A stretch of DNA of 32,000 bases from a cyanobacterium endosymbiont of Braarudosphaera bigelowii (lineage in GTDB: Bacteria > Cyanobacteriota > Cyanobacteriia > Cyanobacteriales > Microcystaceae): NCBI RefSeq assembly GCF_020885515.1, contig NZ_AP024987.1, forward strand, positions 1,260,001-1,292,000. The letters run 5' to 3'. This document shows positions 29,370 to 32,000 of the stretch, in pieces. The notes beneath the pieces are model-generated. The model was not told the DNA's origin and did not search any database. It was given only the letters and a program-made list of their open reading frames with translations. Every line of letters starts with the position of its first letter. Position 1 is the first letter of the stretch. Position numbers and translations under genes: made by a program.

Positions 29370-31385
29370 GTGGAAAAAGGTAAACTAATCGAGTTTAGAG
29401 TCAACGGAGAACGTCGCTTAGCTGTCGTTGATCGTCCAGAAGGAAAAAAAGATTGGATTGTAGTTGATAGTGAAGGAAGCTCATACAAGTTAAGACAACA
29501 AAGAGTAGAATACGAAGTGATGGGCGGACCGTATGTTTCTAACCAAATCCCTAAGTTTATTACAGATGCTAAGTCTTGTTTAGATCCATCTAATTTAGAA
29601 ATAGCCTGGGAACTATTAATAGAAGAAAAGAAAACTTTCACACCAGAAGAAATGGCAAGCTTTCTTTTTTCTGCATGTTCTCCTGTAATTCTCTATGCCA
29701 CTTATCGGTTACTTTCTGATGATAAGATTTACTTTAAGAAAAAAGGGGATAGCTATGAAGCTCGTTCTCCTGGACAAGTTGAAGAAATTAAGCATCAAAT
29801 TGAAATTGAAAATCAACGCCAGAAAGATAAGGAGTTTTTTTTAAATAATATTCATCGTAGAATAGCTGGAGAAGAAATAATATGGACTGAAAAGGATTGT
29901 AGTAAGTTAGAATTACTAGAAAAATTTGTTTTACAACCTGATCAAAATCATCGAAACGCACAAGATCTTCTTAAGGAGCTAGGACAAATTGTAAGCCCAA
30001 ATGCTGCGTTCGATTTTTTAGTAAGTATTGGGTGGTGGAGCCCAAATGAAAACTTATTCTTAAAGCGTAGCTCTTATCCTATTAATTTTCCCAAAAAGGT
30101 ACTAGACGTGGTTTCTTTTTCTTTGCAAGACCTATCCCTCAACACTGATAATGAACGCATGGACTTAACTCATCTAAAAGTCTACACTATAGATGATGAA
30201 AGTACTGAAGAAATTGACGATGGTCTAAGTATAGAATTTTTAGAAGATAATACTATTAAACTATGGATACACATAGCAGATCCTACTCATTTAGTTAATC
30301 CAGGAGACGAACTTGATTTAGAAGCAAGGAAACGAAGTACAACCTTGTATCTACCTACAGGAATAATCTCTATGTTTCCGACAGAATTAGCTACTGGACC
30401 TATGAGCTTAAGGCAAGGTCAGTTGTGTCCTTCGCTGAGTTTTGGGGTAATTTTGAATGAGGATGGTGCCGTTCTTGATTACTCTATTCATACTAGTATT
30501 ATCAAGCCTACTTATCGTTTAACTTATAACGATGTTAATGAAATTTTGCAATTAGGCATAACTGCTGAATCAGAATTGGCTATTTTAGCTAAAGCAGCAA
30601 AACAACGATGTTGCTGGAGGAAATCTCAAGGATCAATTACCATTAAAATGCCAGAGGCATCTATTAAGGTTAAATCTGAAGATGAAATTGTAATTGATTT
30701 ATTGGAAACATCTGTTTCTCGTCAATTGGTAGCAGAAATGATGATCCTCGCTGGTGAAGTAGCTGGAGATTATTGTCAAAAAAATAGTATTCCTGTTCCT
30801 TTTAGAGGACAGCCTCAGCCAGACTTACCTTCCGAGGAAGAACTGCTATTATTACCTGCTGGACCAGTTAGATCATGTGCCTTACGCAGTTGCATGCCTA
30901 AAGGGGAAATGGCAACCATTCCAAATCGTCACTCAAGTTTAGGCTTAAATTATTACACTCAAGTAACATCTCCAATACGGCGCTATACAGACTTATTAAC
31001 TCATTTCCAAATCAAAGCTCATCTTCGTAATCAGTCATTGCCATTCACATTAGATGTGATGCAAAACATCTTATATAGTGTAACTCTTTCGGCACAAGAG
31101 GCATCATTTGTAGAAAGACAAACTAACAGATATTGGGGCTTAGAATTTCTACGACGCAATGCTGATCAGGTCTGGCAAGGTTTAGTACTACGCTGGTTAC
31201 GGGAAGATGAAGGATTAGGAATAATTTTATTAGAGGAATTAGGCTTAGAGCTGCCTCATCATTTTGGACGCTCAGTTCGATTAGGTGATCGAATTAATGT
31301 TCAAGTTAGTCGTTCTGATCCACACCGAGACGAAATCCGTTTTCGTGAAGTGCTAAAGGATAAAATTGAAACGCAAAAAATTTAA
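29370..31385 (+). CDS. rnb: Ribonuclease II family 3'-5' exoribonuclease
   Basis: 671 aa with a GTG start. RNB domain motifs VYTIDDESTEEIDDGLSIE and HSSLGLNYYTQVTSPIRRYTDLLTHFQIKA. Confidence 0.9.
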   Translation: MEKGKLIEFRVNGERRLAVVDRPEGKKDWIVVDSEGSSYKLRQQRVEYEVMGGPYVSNQIPKFITDAKSCLDPSNLEIAWELLIEEKKTFTPEEMASFLFSACSPVILYATYRLLSDDKIYFKKKGDSYEARSPGQVEEIKHQIEIENQRQKDKEFFLNNIHRRIAGEEIIWTEKDCSKLELLEKFVLQPDQNHRNAQDLLKELGQIVSPNAAFDFLVSIGWWSPNENLFLKRSSYPINFPKKVLDVVSFSLQDLSLNTDNERMDLTHLKVYTIDDESTEEIDDGLSIEFLEDNTIKLWIHIADPTHLVNPGDELDLEARKRSTTLYLPTGIISMFPTELATGPMSLRQGQLCPSLSFGVILNEDGAVLDYSIHTSIIKPTYRLTYNDVNEILQLGITAESELAILAKAAKQRCCWRKSQGSITIKMPEASIKVKSEDEIVIDLLETSVSRQLVAEMMILAGEVAGDYCQKNSIPVPFRGQPQPDLPSEEELLLLPAGPVRSCALRSCMPKGEMATIPNRHSSLGLNYYTQVTSPIRRYTDLLTHFQIKAHLRNQSLPFTLDVMQNILYSVTLSAQEASFVERQTNRYWGLEFLRRNADQVWQGLVLRWLREDEGLGIILLEELGLELPHHFGRSVRLGDRINVQVSRSDPHRDEIRFREVLKDKIETQKI

Positions 31386-31551
31386 GATTATAAGATCAGA
31401 GTTAATCAAAAGTAAATATTTTTTCTGAATAAATTAATAAAAACAAATTTTAAAGAGAAGTTGTTCTAAAAGTAGAATCCTAAAATTTAATATTTTTACT
31501 AACAAATATGAATAGAAGTTAGATTAGATGAGAATATTTATTTTTTTTAAT

Positions 31552-31598
31552 AAAGAAGAAGTCCAAGACTTTCCATGTTTCGTCTTGGCTTCTTCTTT
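31552..31598 (+). terminator. Rho-independent-type terminator downstream of rnb
   Basis: AAAGAAGAAGtCCAAGAC and GTCTTGGCTTCTTCTTT form a 17-bp stem with a 1-nt bulge and a 12-nt loop. The right arm runs into TTTT. Confidence 0.6.
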
Positions 31599-31698
31599 TA
31601 GTTTACTCTTCACACCATCTATTAGTGTATATGAAAAATTTGCTCTTAAAGTATTATTTAAGTCTTTTTTAATTTTAGAGGTAAGTATAAAATGTATT

Positions 31699-32000
31699 TC
31701 AAGGTTTATTGAAACATACCTTTTGCAATAAACCTTGTGTAATAACTATTAGACCTAGCCTTGCTTGAGATTTTTCTATACTTTTTGATTTTTTAAAAGG
31801 AAAAATACGACAAGAACGTTCAAACTCTAATAGATAATAGCTAAGTATTAATGTTTGCTTGATATTATCTTTTTCAGACTTATTCACTTGAGAATCTAAT
31901 ACTGTGAAAATTTGGGAAATTAACTGTCTTTCTGTATAAGAATTTAATAGCAGTTGTTTAAGCTCTATATCATATGAAAAAATATAATCCTTATTCTTAA
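31699..32000 (-). CDS. Hypothetical protein, C-terminal part (frame open to the right edge of the window)
   Basis: The track lists only 31699..31887 from a GTG. The same frame is stop-free up to 32000 (KNKDYIFSYDIELKQLLLNSYTERQLISQIFTVLDSQVNKSEKD...), so the gene probably starts outside the window. No family recognised. Confidence 0.45.
   Translation of the reverse strand, partial: KNKDYIFSYDIELKQLLLNSYTERQLISQIFTVLDSQVNKSEKDNIKQTLILSYYLLEFERSCRIFPFKKSKSIEKSQARLGLIVITQGLLQKVCFNKP
31700..31737 (-). terminator. 12-bp perfect hairpin overlapping the last 12 codons and the stop of the partial minus-strand gene
   Basis: CAAGGTTTATTG (31700..31711) and CAATAAACCTTG (31726..31737) with a 14-nt loop. 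Confidence 0.4.

Noticed and set aside
29354-29641. 95-aa minus-strand ORF overlapping the start of rnb
   Set aside because: Antisense to a conserved RNase II N-terminus (MEKGKLIEFR...).
31528-31731. 67-aa plus-strand ORF downstream of rnb
   Set aside because: It is translated straight through the rnb terminator hairpin and into the next hairpin. It has a Phe/Ser/Leu-rich low-complexity composition and no SD.

Overview
This is a visibly AT-rich window (roughly 30% G+C by eye, not computed) of cyanobacterial chromosome. It holds about 31 recognisable protein genes in alternating strand blocks. By my coordinate arithmetic about 6 kb, roughly one fifth, is very AT-rich spacer.

The content is core housekeeping:
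- Chlorophyll: chlL-chlN (light-independent protochlorophyllide reductase, DPOR).
- Cobalamin: cobH, cobL/cbiET, cobQ.
- Sulfur and cysteine: cysC, cysE.
- Envelope and secretion: murF, murE, lnt, lepB.
- Division: Ftn2/ZipN (ARC6-like).
- Metabolism and redox: pdhA, bcp, two small ferredoxins.
- Translation and RNA turnover: rpsU, rpmG-rpsR, RNase II.
- A PspA/IM30 homologue, plus several cyanobacteria-typical conserved hypotheticals: a partial PxcA/CemA at the left edge, and DUF3067-like, DUF2993-like and Npun_F0494-like proteins.

I found no rRNA, tRNA, CRISPR array, transposase or integrase, phage gene, riboswitch core, or recognisable defence or toxin module. The low GC, long spacers, cyanobacterial hallmarks and absence of HIP1 (GCGATCGC) fit a genome-reduced unicellular cyanobacterium. 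A UCYN-A / Crocosphaera-Cyanothece-lineage symbiont is my guess, but it needs a database search.

I could not support a novel multi-gene system here. The items most worth a second look are:
1. An in-frame TAG that severs the conserved C-terminal tail of the PspA/IM30 gene.
2. A secreted protein with three C-x5-P-x5-C-V repeats, next to lnt and lepB.
3. Unusually long, perfect, AT-rich inverted repeats at gene boundaries, including two back-to-back ones upstream of rpmG-rpsR.
4. A perfect Shine-Dalgarno sequence inside a palindrome, feeding a 2-codon ORF.
5. A divergent UvrD-like protein with a degenerate motif II.

Manually counted coordinates of small elements may be off by 1 nt.
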